This document shows positions 43,101-57,000 of a stretch of DNA of 64,000 nt, in pieces; position 1 is the stretch's first letter; each line of letters begins with the position of its first letter. The stretch covers positions 22,072,001 to 22,136,000 of the forward strand of contig CM120642.1 of the NCBI GenBank assembly GCA_051362555.1, written 5' to 3'. The notes under the pieces are model-generated. The model did no database searches. It was not told the DNA's origin and saw nothing but the letters and a program-made list of their open reading frames with translations. Source of the stretch: Lingula anatina (taxonomy: Eukaryota; Animalia; Brachiopoda). Made by a program: the position numbers and the translations under genes.

Positions 43101-46100
43101 ACTGTTCGTGTTTCTATTTATTGTGAGCAATGTGTATGTCTGTTTTGTCAATGTATTTGTTTGTAATCATTTCTATTACTCTGCATGATGGTACTGTCAC
43201 TGTATGTGTATGTGTCTCTTTATATTCTGTACTCTGTGTCTATTCTGTATTGTCACTGTATGTGTTTCCATGTATTGTGATCACTGTGTACGGCTATGTT
43301 TTCACTCTTTTTTCCTTTTGCTCATTTTCATTACGAAGCATGTTACTGTTATAACTGTGCATGTTAATATTTATTTTGATCACTGTTCATGTTTGTGTCA
43401 TTACTGTTGGTGTTTCTATTGTGAGCAATGTTTATGTCAGTTTTTACTCTCTATATGTTTCTTTATCATTATTATAACTGTTCATGTTTGTGTTGTTGCT
43501 GTAAGCATAGTTTGTGTCTTTTTATGTTCCAATTGCTGTTTCCATTCTCTATTGTCATTATATGTGTTTGTATATGTATTGTGATCACTGTGTATGTCTG
43601 TGTTTTCACCCCATCACTGATCACTGTGTATGACTGTGCTATCACCTAATTATATAATTAGTGTTCATTCTGGTTACTGTGCATGGTTGCGTTGTCACTG
43701 TACATGTCAAAATTTATTCTGATCACTGTGTATGTCTGTATTGTGACTGTGTTTGTTTGTATTTATTAACATTACTGTTCATGTTTGTGTCATTACTGTT
43801 GGTGTTTTTATTTATTGTTAGTAATGTGTATGTCAGTTTTGTCTTTAAATTACTACTGCGCTGAATGATGGTGTTTTCAATGTATGACTATGTTTCTGTT
43901 TATATTCTGTTTGCTGTGTCTATTCACTATTGCTACTGAATGTGTTTGTATATATTGTGGTTACTGTGTATGGCTATGTTTCCACCCTTTTTACTTGTGT
44001 TTATTCTAATTACAGTGCACATTACTATTATCAATGTACATGTTTATATTAATTTTGACCACTGTGTATGTTTGTGTTGTTACTGTTTGTGTCTACACAT
44101 AATTCTGATCACTGTGAAAGTCTGTTTGTCCTTCTATTTGTTTGTAATAATTATCATTACTGTGCCTGTTAATGTTATCACTGTTTGTGTTTGTATTTAT
44201 TGTGATCACTGTATGTGTTTGCATAGTTACTGTTTATGTTTGTATTTATTGTGAACACTGTTTCTATTCTGTACTGTCATTGTACATGTTTGTATATATA
44301 TTGTGATCACTGTGTATATCTCTGTTTTTCACTCCATCACTGATCACTGTGTATTACTGTGTATTACTGTGTAATCATCCAATTAATTTGTGTTTATTCT
44401 GATTACTATACATGGTTGCGTTGTCACTGTACATGTCAAAATTTATTCTGATCACTGTGTATGTCTGTATTGGGACTGTGTTTGTTTGTATTTATTTACA
44501 TTACTGCTCTCGTTTGTGTTGTCACTGTTCGTGTTTGTATTTATTGTGAGCAATGTGCAAGTCTGTTTTGTCAATGTATTTGTTTGTAATCATTACTATT
44601 ACTCTGCATGATAGTACTGTCACTGTATGTCTGTGTGTCTGTTTATATTCTTGTGTTCATTTTCATTACTGTGGAAGTTACTTTTATCACTTTTACTGTT
44701 AATATTTATTTTGTTCACTATGCTTGTTACTGTTATAACAGCTACTTGGTTACTTTACATGGTTGTGTTGTCACTGTACATGTCAGCTTATTCTGTTCAC
44801 TGTGTATGTCTGTGTTTTCACCCCATCACTATCACTGTGTATGACTCTGCTATCACCTAATTATATATGTGTTTATTCTGGTTACTGTGCATGGTTGTGT
44901 TGTCACTGTACATGTCAAAATTTATTCTGATCACTGTGTATGTCTGTATTGTGACTCTGTTTGTTTGTATTTATTTACATTACTGTTCATGTTTGTGTCA
45001 TTACTGTTGGTGTTTGTATTTATTGTTAGCAATGCTTATGTCAGTTTTGTCACTCTCTTTGTTTGTAAACATTACTATTGCTCTGAATGATGGTGTTGTC
45101 AATGTATGACTATGTGTCTGTTTATATTCTGTTTGCTATGTCTATTCACTATTGCTACTGAGTGTGTTTGTATATATTGTGATGACTGTGTACGCCCATG
45201 TTTCCACTCTTTTTCCTTGTGTTTATTCTAATTACAGTGCACATTACTATTATCAATGTACATGTTTATATTCATTTTAATCACTGTGTATGTTTGCGTT
45301 GTTACTGTTTGTGTCTGCATATATTTCTGATCACTGTGTATGTCTGTTTGTTTTTCTATTTGTTTGTAATCATTGTCATTGCTGTTCATGTTTGTGTTGT
45401 CATTGTTTTGGTTTGTTTTTATTGGGATCACTGTGTATGTTTGTGTCATTATTGTTGGTGTTTGTATTTATTATTAGCAATGTGTATGTCAGTTTTGTCC
45501 CTCTATTTGTTTATTATTATAACTATAGCACTGAATGCTGAGTGTTGTCAATGTATGTCTATGTGTCTATTTATATTCTTTTTTCTGTGTCTATTCTGTA
45601 TTGATACTAAATGTGTTTGTGTATATTGTGATGACTGTGTACGGCTATGTTTGCACTCTTTTCCCTTGTGTTCATTGTCATAACAGTGCACGTTACTGTT
45701 ATCACTGTCCATGTATATATTTATTTTGATCAAAGTGTATGTTTGTGTTGTTATTGTTTGTGTCTGCACATAATTCTGATCACTGTGAAAGTCTATTTGT
45801 CCTTCTGTTTGTTTGTAATAAATATCATTACGGTGCATGTTAATGTTGTCACTGTTTGTGTTTGTATTTATCGTGATCACTGTATGTGTTTGCGTCATTA
45901 CTATTAATGTTTGTATTTATTGTGAACACTATTTCCATTCTGTACTGTTCGTGTTTGTATATATATTGTGATCACTGTGTATGTCTCTGTCTTCACTCCA
46001 TCACTGATCACTGTGTATCACTGTGTAATCATCCAATTAATTTGTGTTCATTCTGATTACTCTACATGGTTGTGTTGTCACTGTACATGTCAAAATTCAT

Positions 46101-46409
46101 TCTGATCACTGTGTATGTCTGTATTGTGACTGTGTTTGTTTGTATTTATTTACATTAATGTTCATGTTTGTGTTGGCACTGGTCATTTTTGTATTTATTG
46201 TGAGCATTATGTACGTCTATTTTGTCAGTGTATTTGTTTGTAATCATTACTATTACTCTGCATGATAGTACTGTCACTGTATGTCTATGTGTCTGTTTAT
46301 ATTCTGTTCTCTGTGTCTATTCTGTATTGTCACTGTATATGTTTCCATGTATTGTGATCACTGTGTATGGCTATGTTTTCACTCTTTTTCCTTGTGTTCA
46401 TTTTCATTA
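37155..46409. repeat. HOR copies 9-10, rearranged pair (9,255 bp = 2 x 4,644 - 33)
   Basis: A 1-bp deletion near 39287, a backward register jump of 1,671 bp at 40998-41008 and a forward jump of 1,703 bp at 42081-42110 give a net -33 bp. This matches the ORF spacing 38356 to 42967 = 4,611 bp. Confidence 0.93.
40998..42110. repeat. Ectopic ~1.11-kb copy of HOR segment ~2177-3289 replacing the expected segment ~3848-4990
   Basis: ORFs 40999/41449/41667/41928 repeat 39328/39778/39996/40257 at +1,671 bp. The sequence then resumes at the equivalent of position ~4991 (CAGTTTTGTC|CCTCTTTTTG). The landmark expected near 41.8 kb is absent. Confidence 0.92.
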
Positions 46410-49400
46410 CGATGCATGTTACTGTTATAACTGTACATGTTAATATTTATTTTGATCACTGTACCTGTTTGTGTCATTACTGTTGGTGTTTGTATTTATT
46501 GAGAGCAATGTTTATGTCAGTTTTTTCTCTCTATATGTTTTTAATCATTATTATAACTGTTCATGTTTGTGTTGTTGCTGCAAGCATAGATTGTGGCTGT
46601 TTATATTCCGATTGCTGTTTCCATTTTCTATTGTCATGTGTGTATGTCTGTATTGTGACTGTGTTTGTTTGTATTTATTTACATTACTGTTCATGTTTGT
46701 GTCATTACTGTTGGTGTTTGTATTAATTGTTAGCAATGCTTATGTCAGTTTTGTCCCTCTTTTTGTTTATTATTATAACTATAGCACTGAATGCTGAGTG
46801 TTGTCAATGTATGTCTATGTGTCTATTTATATTCTTTTTTCTGTGTCTATTCTGTATTGATACTAAATGTGTTTGTGTATATTGTGATGACTGTGTACGG
46901 CTATGTTTGCACTCTTTTCCCTTGTGTTCATTGTCATAACAGTGCACATTACTGTTATCATTGTCCATGTGAATATTTATTAAGATCAATGTGTATGTTT
47001 GTGTTGTTACTGTTTGTGTCTGCACATAATTCTGATCACTGTGAAAGTCTATTTGTCCTTCTGTTTGTTTGTAATAATTCTCATTACTGTGCCTGTTAAT
47101 GATGTCACTGTTTGTGTTTGTATTTATTGTGATCACTGTATGTGTTTGCGTAGGTACTGTTGTTGTTTGTATTTATTGTGAACACTGTTTCTATTCAGTG
47201 CTGTCATTGTACATGTTTGTATATATATTGTGATCACTTCATCCTTGTGTTCATTTTCATTACAATGCATGTTACTGTTATAACAGTTACTTTGTTACTT
47301 TATATGGTTGTGTTGTCACTGTACATGTCAACTTATTCTGTTCACTGTGTATGTCTGTATTGTGACTGTGTTTGTTTGTATTTATTTTGATTACTGTGCA
47401 TGATTGTCTTGTCACTGTTTGTGTTTGTATTTATCATGATCACTGTATATGTTTGCGTCGTTACTGTTGATGTTTGTATTTATTGTCAACACTGTTTCCA
47501 TGCTGTACTGTCATTGTATGTTTTTGTATATATATTGTGATCACTGTGTATGTCTTTGTTTTCACCCCATCACTGATCATTGTGTATGACTGTGCTATCA
47601 CCTAATTAATTAGTGTTCATTCTGGTTTCTGTGCATGGTTGTGTTGTCACTATACATGTCAAAATTTATTCTGATCACTGTGTTTGTCTGTATTGTGACT
47701 GTGTTTGTTTGTATTTATTTACATTACTGTTCACATTTGTGTTGTCACTGTTCGTGTTTCTATTTATTGTGAGCAATGTGTATGTCTGTTTTGTCAATGT
47801 ATTTGTTTGTAATCATTTCTATTACTCTGCATGATGGTACTGTCACTGTATGTGTATGTGTCTCTTTATATTCTGTTCTCTGTGTCTATTCTGTATTGTC
47901 ACTGTATGTGTTTCCATGTATTGTGATCACTGTGTACGGCTATGTTTTCACTCTTTTTTCCTTGTGCTCATTTTCATTACGAAGCATGTTAATGTTGTAA
48001 CTGTGCATGTTTATATTTATTTTGATCACTGTTCATGTTTGTGTCATTACTGTTGGTGTTTCTATTGTGAGCAATGTTTATGTCAGTTTTTACTCTCTAT
48101 ATGTTTCTTTATCATTATTATAACTGTTCATGTTTGTGTTGTTGCTGTAAGCATAGTTTGTGTCTTTTTATATTCCAATTGCTGTTTCCATTCTCTATTG
48201 TCATTGTATGTGTTTGTATATGTATTGTGATCACTGTGTATGTCTGTGTTTTCACCCCATCACTGATCACTGTGCATGACTGTGCTATCACCTAATTATA
48301 TAATTAGTGTTCAATCTGGTTACTGTGCATGGTTGCGTTGTCACTGTACATGTCAAAATTTATTCTGATCACTGTGTATGTCTGTATTGTGACTGTGTTT
48401 GTTTGTATTTATTAACATTACTGTTCATGTTTGTGTCATTACTGTTGGTGTTTTTATTTATTGTAAGTAATGTGTATGTCAGTTTTGTCTTTAAATTACT
48501 ACTGCGCTGAATGATGGTGTTTTCAATGTATGACTATGTTTCTGTTTATATTCTGTTTGCTGTGTCTATTCACTATTGCTACTGAATGTGTTTGTATATA
48601 TTGTGGTTACTGTGTATGGCTATGTTTCCACCCTTTTTACTTGTGTTTATTCTAATTACAGTGCACATTACTATTATCAATGTACATGTTTATATTAATT
48701 TTGACCACTGTGTATGTTTGTGTTGTTACTGTTTGTGTCTACACATAATTCTGATCACTGTGAAAGTCTGTTTGTCCTTCTATTTGTTTGTAATAATTAT
48801 CATTACTGTGCCTGTTAATGTTATCACTGTTTGTGTTTGTATTTATTGTGATCACTGTATGTGTTTGCATAGTTACTGTTTATGTTTGTATTTATTGTGA
48901 ACACTGTTTCTATTCTGTACTGTCATTGTACATGTTTGTATATATATTGTGATCACTGTGTATATCTCTGTTTTTCACTCCATCACTGATCACTGTGTAT
49001 TACTGTGTATTACTGTGTAATCATCCAATTAATTTGTGTTTATTCTGATTACTATACATGGTTGCGTTGTCACTGTACATGTCAAAATTTATTCTGATCA
49101 CTGTGTATGTCTGTATTGGGACTGTGTTTGTTTGTATTTATTTACATTACTGCTCTCGTTTGTGTTGTCACTGTTCGTGTTTGTATTTATTGTGAGCAAT
49201 GTGCATGTCTGTTTTGTCAATGTATTTGTTTGTAATCATTACTATTACTCTGCATGATAGTACTGTCACTGTATGTCTGTGTGTCTGTTTATATTCTTGT
49301 GTTCATTTTCATTACTGTGGAAGTTACTTTTATCACTTTTACTGTTAATATTTATTTTGTTCACTATGCTTGTTACTGTTATAACAGCTACTTGGTTACT

Positions 49401-51055
49401 TTACATGGTTGTGTTGTCACTGTACATGTCAGCTTATTCTATTCACTGTGTATGTCTGTGTTTTCACCCCATCACTATCACTGTGTATGACTCTGCTATC
49501 ACCTAATTATATATGTGTTTATTCTGGTTACTGTGCATGGTTGTGTTGTCACTGTACATGTCAAAATTTATTCTGATCACTGTGTATGTCTGTATTGTGA
49601 CTCTGTTTGTTTGTATTTATTTACATTACTGTTCATGTTTGTGTCATTACTGTTGGTGTTTGTATTTATTGTTAGCAATGCTTATGTCAGTTTTGTCACT
49701 CTCTTTGTTTGTAAACATTACTATTGCTCTGAATGATGGTGTTGTCAATGTATGACTATGTGTCTGTTTATATTCTGTTTGCTATGTCTATTCACTATTG
49801 CTACTGAGTGTGTTTGTATATATTGTGATGACTGTGTACGCCCATGTTTCCACTCTTTTTCCTTGTGTTTATTCTAATTACAGTGCACATTACTATTATC
49901 AATGTACATGTTTATATTCATTTTAATCACTGTGTATGTTTGCGTTGTTACTGTTTGTGTCTGCATATATTTCTGATCACTGTGTAAGTCTGTTTGTTTT
50001 TCTATTTGTTTGTAATCATTGTCATTGCTGTTCATGTTTGTGTTGTCATTGTTTTGGTTTGTTTTTATTGGGATCACTGTGTATGTTTGTGTCATTATTG
50101 TTGGTGTTTGTATTTATTATTAGCAATGTGAATGTCAGTTTTGTCCCTCTATTTGTTTATTATTATAACTATAGCACTGAATGCTGAGTGTTGTCAATGT
50201 ATGTCTATGTGTCTATTTATATTCTTTTTTCTGTGTCTGTTCTGTATTGATACTAAATGTGTTTGTGTATATTGTGATGACTGTGTACGGCTATGTGTGC
50301 ACTTTTTTCCCTTGTGTTCATTGTCATAACAGTGCACGTTACTGTTATCACTGTCCATGTATATATTTATTTTGATCAAAGTGTATGTTTGTGTTGTTAT
50401 TGTTTGTGTCTGCACATAATTCTGATCACTGTGAAAGTCTATTTGTCCTTCTGTTTGTTTGTAATAAATATCATTACTGTGCATGTTAATGTTGTCACTG
50501 TTTGTGTTTGTATTTATCGTGATCACTGTATGTGTTTGCGTCATTACTATTAATGTTTGTATTTATTGTGAACACTATTTCCATTCTGTACTGTTCGTGT
50601 TTGTATATATATTGTGATCACTGTGTATGTCTCTGTTTTCACTTCATCACTGATCACTGTGTATTACTGTGTAATCATCCAATTAATTTGTGTTCATTCT
50701 GATTACTCTACATGGTTGTGTTGTCACTGTACATGTCAAAATTCATTCTGATCACTGTGTATGTCTGTATTGTGACTGTGTTTGTTTGTATTTATTTACA
50801 TTAATGTTCATGTTTGTGTTGGCACTGGTCATTTTTGTATTTATTGTGAGCATTATGTACGTCTATTTTGTCAGTGTATTTGTTTGTAATCATTACTATT
50901 ACTCTGCATGATAGTACTGTCACTGTATGTCTATGTGTCTGTTTATATTCTGTTCTCTGAGTCTATTCTGTATTGTCACTGTATGTGTTTCCATGTATTG
51001 TGATCACTGTGTATGGCTATGTTTTCACTCTTTTTCCTTGTGTTCATTTTCATTA
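46410..51055. repeat. HOR copy 11 (4,646 bp), same divergent haplotype as copy 1
   Basis: Carries both 1-bp insertions and the diagnostic substitutions of 1-2056 at offset +46,409 (ORF 62 to 46471, 1204 to 47613, 1898 to 48307). Differs from copy 1 at least at 47684 and 50131. Confidence 0.95.
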
Positions 51056-54000
51056 CGATGCATGTTACTGTTATAACTGTACATGTTAATATTTATTTTG
51101 ATCACTGTACCTGTTGTGTCATTACTGTTGGTGTTTGTATTTATTGAGAGCAATGTTTATGTCAGTTTTTTCTCTCTATATGTTTTTAATCATTATTATA
51201 ACTGTTCATGTTTGTGTTGTTGCTGCAAGCATAGATTGTGGCTGTTTATATTCCGATTGCTGTTTCCATTTTCTATTGTCATGTGTGTATGTCTGTATTG
51301 TGACCGTGTTTGTTTGTATTTATTTACATTACTGTTCATGTTTGTGTCATTACTGTTGGTGTTTGTATTAATTGTTAGCAATGCTTATGTCAGTTTTGTC
51401 CCTCTTTTTGTTTATTATTATAACTATAGCACTGAATGCTGAGTGTTGTCAATGTATGTCTATGTGTCTATTTATATTCTTTTTCTGTGTCTATTCTGTA
51501 TTGATACTAAATGTGTTTGTGTATATTGTGATGACTGTGTACGGCTATGTTTGCACTCTTTTCCCTTGTGTTCATTGTCATAACAGTGCACATTACTGTT
51601 ATCATTGTCCATGTGAATATTTATTAAGATCAATGTGTATGTTTGTGTTGTTACTGTTTGTGTCTGCACATAATTCTGATCACTGTGAAAGTCTATTTGT
51701 CCTTCTGTTTGTTTGTAATGATTCTCATTACTGTGCATGATAATGATGTCACTGTTTGTGTTTGTATTTATTGTGATCACTGTATGTGTTTGCGTAGGTA
51801 CTGTTGTTGTTTGTATTTATTGTGAACACTGTTTCTATTCAGTGCTGTCATTGTACGTGTTTGTATATATATTGTGATCACTTCATCCTTGTGTTCATTT
51901 TCATTACAATGCATGTTACTGTTATAACAGTTACTTTGTTACTTTATATGGTTGTGTTGTCACTGTACATGTCAACTTATTCTGTTCACTGTGTATGTCT
52001 GTATTGTGACTGTGTTTGTTTGTATTTATTTTGATTACTGTGCATGATTGTCTTGTCACTGTTTGTGTTTGTATTTATCATGATCACTGTATATGTTTGC
52101 ATCGTTACTGTTGATGTTTGTATTTATTGTCAACACTGTTTCCATGCTGTACTGTCATTGTATGTTTTTGTATATATATTGTGATCACTGTGTATGTCTT
52201 TGTTTTCACCCCATCACTGATCATTGTGTATGACTGTGCTATCACCTAATTAATTAGTGTTCATTCTGGTTACTGTGCATGGTTGTGTTGCCACTATACA
52301 TGTCAAAATTTATTCTGATCACTGTGTATGTCTGTATTGTGACTGTGTTTGTTTGTATTTATTTACATTACTGTTCACATTTGTGTTGTCACTGTTCGTG
52401 TTTCTATTTATTGTGAGCAATGTGTATGTCTGTTTTGTCAATGTATTTGTTTGTAATCATTTCTATTACTCTGCATGATGGTACTGTCACTGTATGTGTA
52501 TGTGTCTCTTTATATTCTGTACTCTGTGTCTATTCTGTATTGTCACTGTATGTGTTTCCATGTATTGTGATCACTGTGTACGGCTATGTTTTCACTCTTT
52601 TTTCCTTTTGCTCATTTTCATTACGAAGCATGTTACTGTTATAACTGTGCATGTTAATATTTATTTTGATCACTGTTCATGTTTGTGTCATTACTGTTGG
52701 TGTTTCTATTGTGAGCAATGTTTATGTCAGTTTTTACTCTCTATATGTTTCTTTATCATTATTATAACTGTTCATGTTTGTGTTGTTGCTGTAAGCATAG
52801 TTTGTGTCTTTTTATGTTCCAATTGCTGTTTCCATTCTCTATTGTCATTATATGTGTTTGTATATGTATTGTGATCACTGTGTATGTCTGTGTTTTCACC
52901 CCATCACTGATCACTGTGTATGACTGTGCTATCACCTAATTATATAATTAGTGTTCATTCTGGTTACTGTGCATGGTTGCGTTGTCACTGTACATGTCAA
53001 AATTTATTCTGATCACTGTGTATGTCTGTATTGTGACTGTGTTTGTTTGTATTTATTAACATTACTGTTCATGTTTGTGTCATTACTGTTGGTGTTTTTA
53101 TTTATTGTTAGTAATGTGTATGTCAGTTTTGTCTTTAAATTACTACTGCGCTGAATGATGGTGTTTTCAATGTATGACTATGTTTCTGTTTATATTCTGT
53201 TTGCTGTGTCTATTCACTATTGCTACTGAATGTGTTTGTATATATTGTGGTTACTGCGTATGGCTATGTTTCCACCCTTTTTCCTTGTGTTTATTCTAAT
53301 TACAGTGCACATTACTATTATCAATGTACATGTTTATATTAATTTTGACCACTGTGTATGTTTGTGTTGTTACTGTTTGTGTCTACACATAATTCTGATC
53401 ACTGTGAAAGTCTGTTTGTCCTTCTATTTGTTTGTAATAATTATCATTACTGTGCCTGTTAATGTTATCACTGTTTGTGTTTGTATTTATTGTGATCACT
53501 GTATGTGTTTGCATAGTTACTGTTTATGTTTGTATTTATTGTGAACACTGTTTCTATTCTGTACTGTCATTGTACATGTTTGTATATATATTGTGATCAC
53601 TGTGTATATCTCTGTTTTTCACTCCATCACTGATCACTGTGTATTACTGTGTATTACTGTGTAATCATCCAATTAATTTGTGTTTATTCTGATTACTATA
53701 CATGGTTGCGTTGTCACTGTACATGTCAAAATTTATTCTGATCACTGTGTATGTCTGTATTGGGACTGTGTTTGTTTGTATTTATTTACATTACTGCTCT
53801 CGTTTGTGTTGTCACTGTTCGTGTTTGTATTTATTGTGAGCAATGTGCAAGTCTGTTTTGTCAATGTATTTGTTTGTAATCATTACTATTACTCTGCATG
53901 ATAGTACTGTCACTGTATGTCTGTGTGTCTGTTTATATTCTTGTGTTCATTTTCATTACTGTGGAAGTTACTTTTATCACTTTTACTGTTAATATTTATT

Positions 54001-57000
54001 TTGTTCACTATGCTTGTTACTGTTATAACAGCTACTTGGTTACTTTACATGGTTGTGTAGTCACTGTACATGTCAGCTTATTCTGTTCACTGTGTATGTC
54101 TGTGTTTTCACCCCATCACTATCACTGTGTATGACTCTGCTATCACCTAATTATATATGTGTTTATTCTGGTTACTGTGCATGGTTGTGTTGTCACTGTA
54201 CATGTCAAAATTTATTCTGATCACTGTGTATGTCTGTATTGTGACTCTGTTTGTTTGTATTTATTTACATTACTGTTCATGTTTGTGTCATTACTGTTGG
54301 TGTTTGTATTTATTGTTAGCAATGCTTATGTCAGTTTTGTCACTCTCTTTGTTTGTAAACATTACTATTGCTCTGAATGATGGTGTTGTCAATGTATGAC
54401 TATGTGTCTGTTTATATTCTGTTTGCTATGTCTATTCACTATTGCTACTGAGTGTGTTTGTATATATTGTGATGACTGTGTACGCCCATGTTTCCACTCT
54501 TTTTCCTTGTGTTTATTCTAATTACAGTGCACATTACTATTATCAATGTACATGTTTATATTCATTTTAATCACTGTGTATGTTTGCGTTGTTACTGTTT
54601 GTGTCTGCATATATTTCTGATCACTGTGTAAGTCTGTTTGTTTTTCTATTTGTTTGTAATCATTGTCATTGCTGTTCATGTTTGTGTTGTCATTGTTTTG
54701 GTTTGTTTTTATTGGGATCACTGTGTATGTTTGTGTCATTATTGTTGGTGTTTGTATTTATTATTAGCAATGTGTATGTCAGTTTTGTCCCTCTATTTGT
54801 TTATTATTATAACTATAGCACTGAATGCTGAGTGTTGTCAATGTATGTCTATGTGTCTATTTATATTCTTTTTTCTGTGTCTGTTCTGTATTGATACTAA
54901 ATGTGTTTGTGTATATTGTGATGACTGTGTACGGCTATGTTTGCACTTTTTTCCCTTGTGTTCATTGTCATAACAGTGCACGTTACTGTTATCACTGTCC
55001 ATGTATATATTTATTTTGATCAAAGTGTATGTTTGTGTTGTTATTGTTTGTGTCTGCACATAATTCTGATCACTGTGAAAGTCTATTTGTCCTTCTGTTT
55101 GTTTGTAATAAATATCATTACTGTGCATGTTAATGTTGTCACTGTTTGTGTTTGTATTTATCGTGATCACTGTATGTGTTTGCGTCATTACTATTAATGT
55201 TTGTATTTATTGTGAACACTATTTCCATTCTGTACTGTTCGTGTTTGTATATATATTGTGATCACTGTGTATGTCTCTGTTTTCACTCCATCACTGATCA
55301 CTGTGTATTACTGTGTAATCATCCAATTAATTTGTGTTCATTCTGATTACTCTACATGGTTGTGTTGTCACTGTACATGTCAAAATTCATTCTGATCACT
55401 GTGTATGTCTGTATTGTGACTGTGTTTGTTTGTATTTATTTACATTAATGTTCATGTTTGTGTTGGCACTGGTCATTTTTGTATTTATTGTGAGCATTAT
55501 GTACGTCTATTTTGTCAGTGTATTTGTTTGTAATCATTACTATTACTCTGCATGATAGTACTGTCACTGTATGTCTATGTGTCTGTTTATATTCTGTTCT
55601 CTGAGTCTATTCTGTATTGTCACTGTATGTGTTTCCATGTATTGTGATCACTGTGTATGGCTATGTTTTCACTCTTTTTCCTTGTGTTCATTTTCATTAC
55701 GATGCATGTTACTGTTATAACTGTACATGTTAATATTTATTTTGATCACTGTACCTGTTGTGTCATTACTGTTGGTGTTTGTATTTATTGAGAGCAATGT
55801 TTATGTCAGTTTTTTCTCTCTATATGTTTTTAATCATTATTATAACTGTTCATGTTTGTGTTGTTGCTGCAAGCATAGATTGTGGCTGTTTATATTCCGA
55901 TTGCTGTTTCCATTTTCTATTGTCATGTGTGTATGTCTGTACTGTGACCGTGTTTGTTTGTATTTATTTACATTACTGTTCATGTTTGTGTCATTACTGT
56001 TGGTGTTTGTATTAATTGTTAGCAATGCTTATGTCAGTTTTGTCCCTCTTTTTGTTTATTATTATAACTATAGCACTGAATGCTGAGTGTTGTCAATGTA
56101 TGTCTATGTGTCTATTTATATTCTTTTTCTGTGTCTATTCTGTATTGATACTAAATGTGTTTGTGTATATTGTGATGACTGTGTACGGCTATGTTTGCAC
56201 TCTTTTCCCTTGTGTTCATTGTCATAACAGTGCACATTACTGTTATCATTGTCCATGTGAATATTTATTAAGATCAATGTGTATGTTTGTGTTGTTACTG
56301 TTTGTGTCTGCACATAATTCTGATCACTGTGAAAGTCTATTTGTCCTTCTGTTTGTTTGTAATGATTCTCATTACTGTGCATGATAATGATGTCACTGTT
56401 TGTGTTTGTATTTATTGTGATCACTGTATGTGTTTGCGTAGGTACTGTTGTTGTTTGTATTTATTGTGAACACTGTTTCTATTCAGTGCTGTCATTGTAC
56501 GTGTTTGTATATATATTGTGATCACTTCATCCTTGTGTTCATTTTCATTACAATGCATGTTACTGTTATAACAGTTACTTTGTTACTTTATATGGTTGTG
56601 TTGTCACTGTACATGTCAACTTATTCTGTTCACTGTGTATGTCTGTATTGTGACTGTGTTTGTTTGTATTTATTTTGATTACTGTGCATGATTGTCTTGT
56701 CACTGTTTGTGTTTGTATTTATCATGATCACTGTATATGTTTGCATCGTTACTGTTGATGTTTGTATTTATTGTCAACACTGTTTCCATGCTGTACTGTC
56801 ATTGTATGTTTTTGTATATATATTGTGATCACTGTGTATGTCTTTGTTTTCACCCCATCACTGATCATTGTGTATGACTGTGCTATCACCTAATTAATTA
56901 GTGTTCATTCTGGTTACTGTGCATGGTTGTGTTGTCACTATACATGTCAAAATTTATTCTGATCACTGTGTATGTCTGTATTGTGACTGTGTTTGTTTGT

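Noticed and set aside
40586-45683. Longest ORFs (160, 174 and 161 aa at 40586, 41926 and 45198)
   Set aside because: They arise from a single stop-removing SNV (40729/45341) or from fusion across rearrangement junctions, not from conserved coding sequence.
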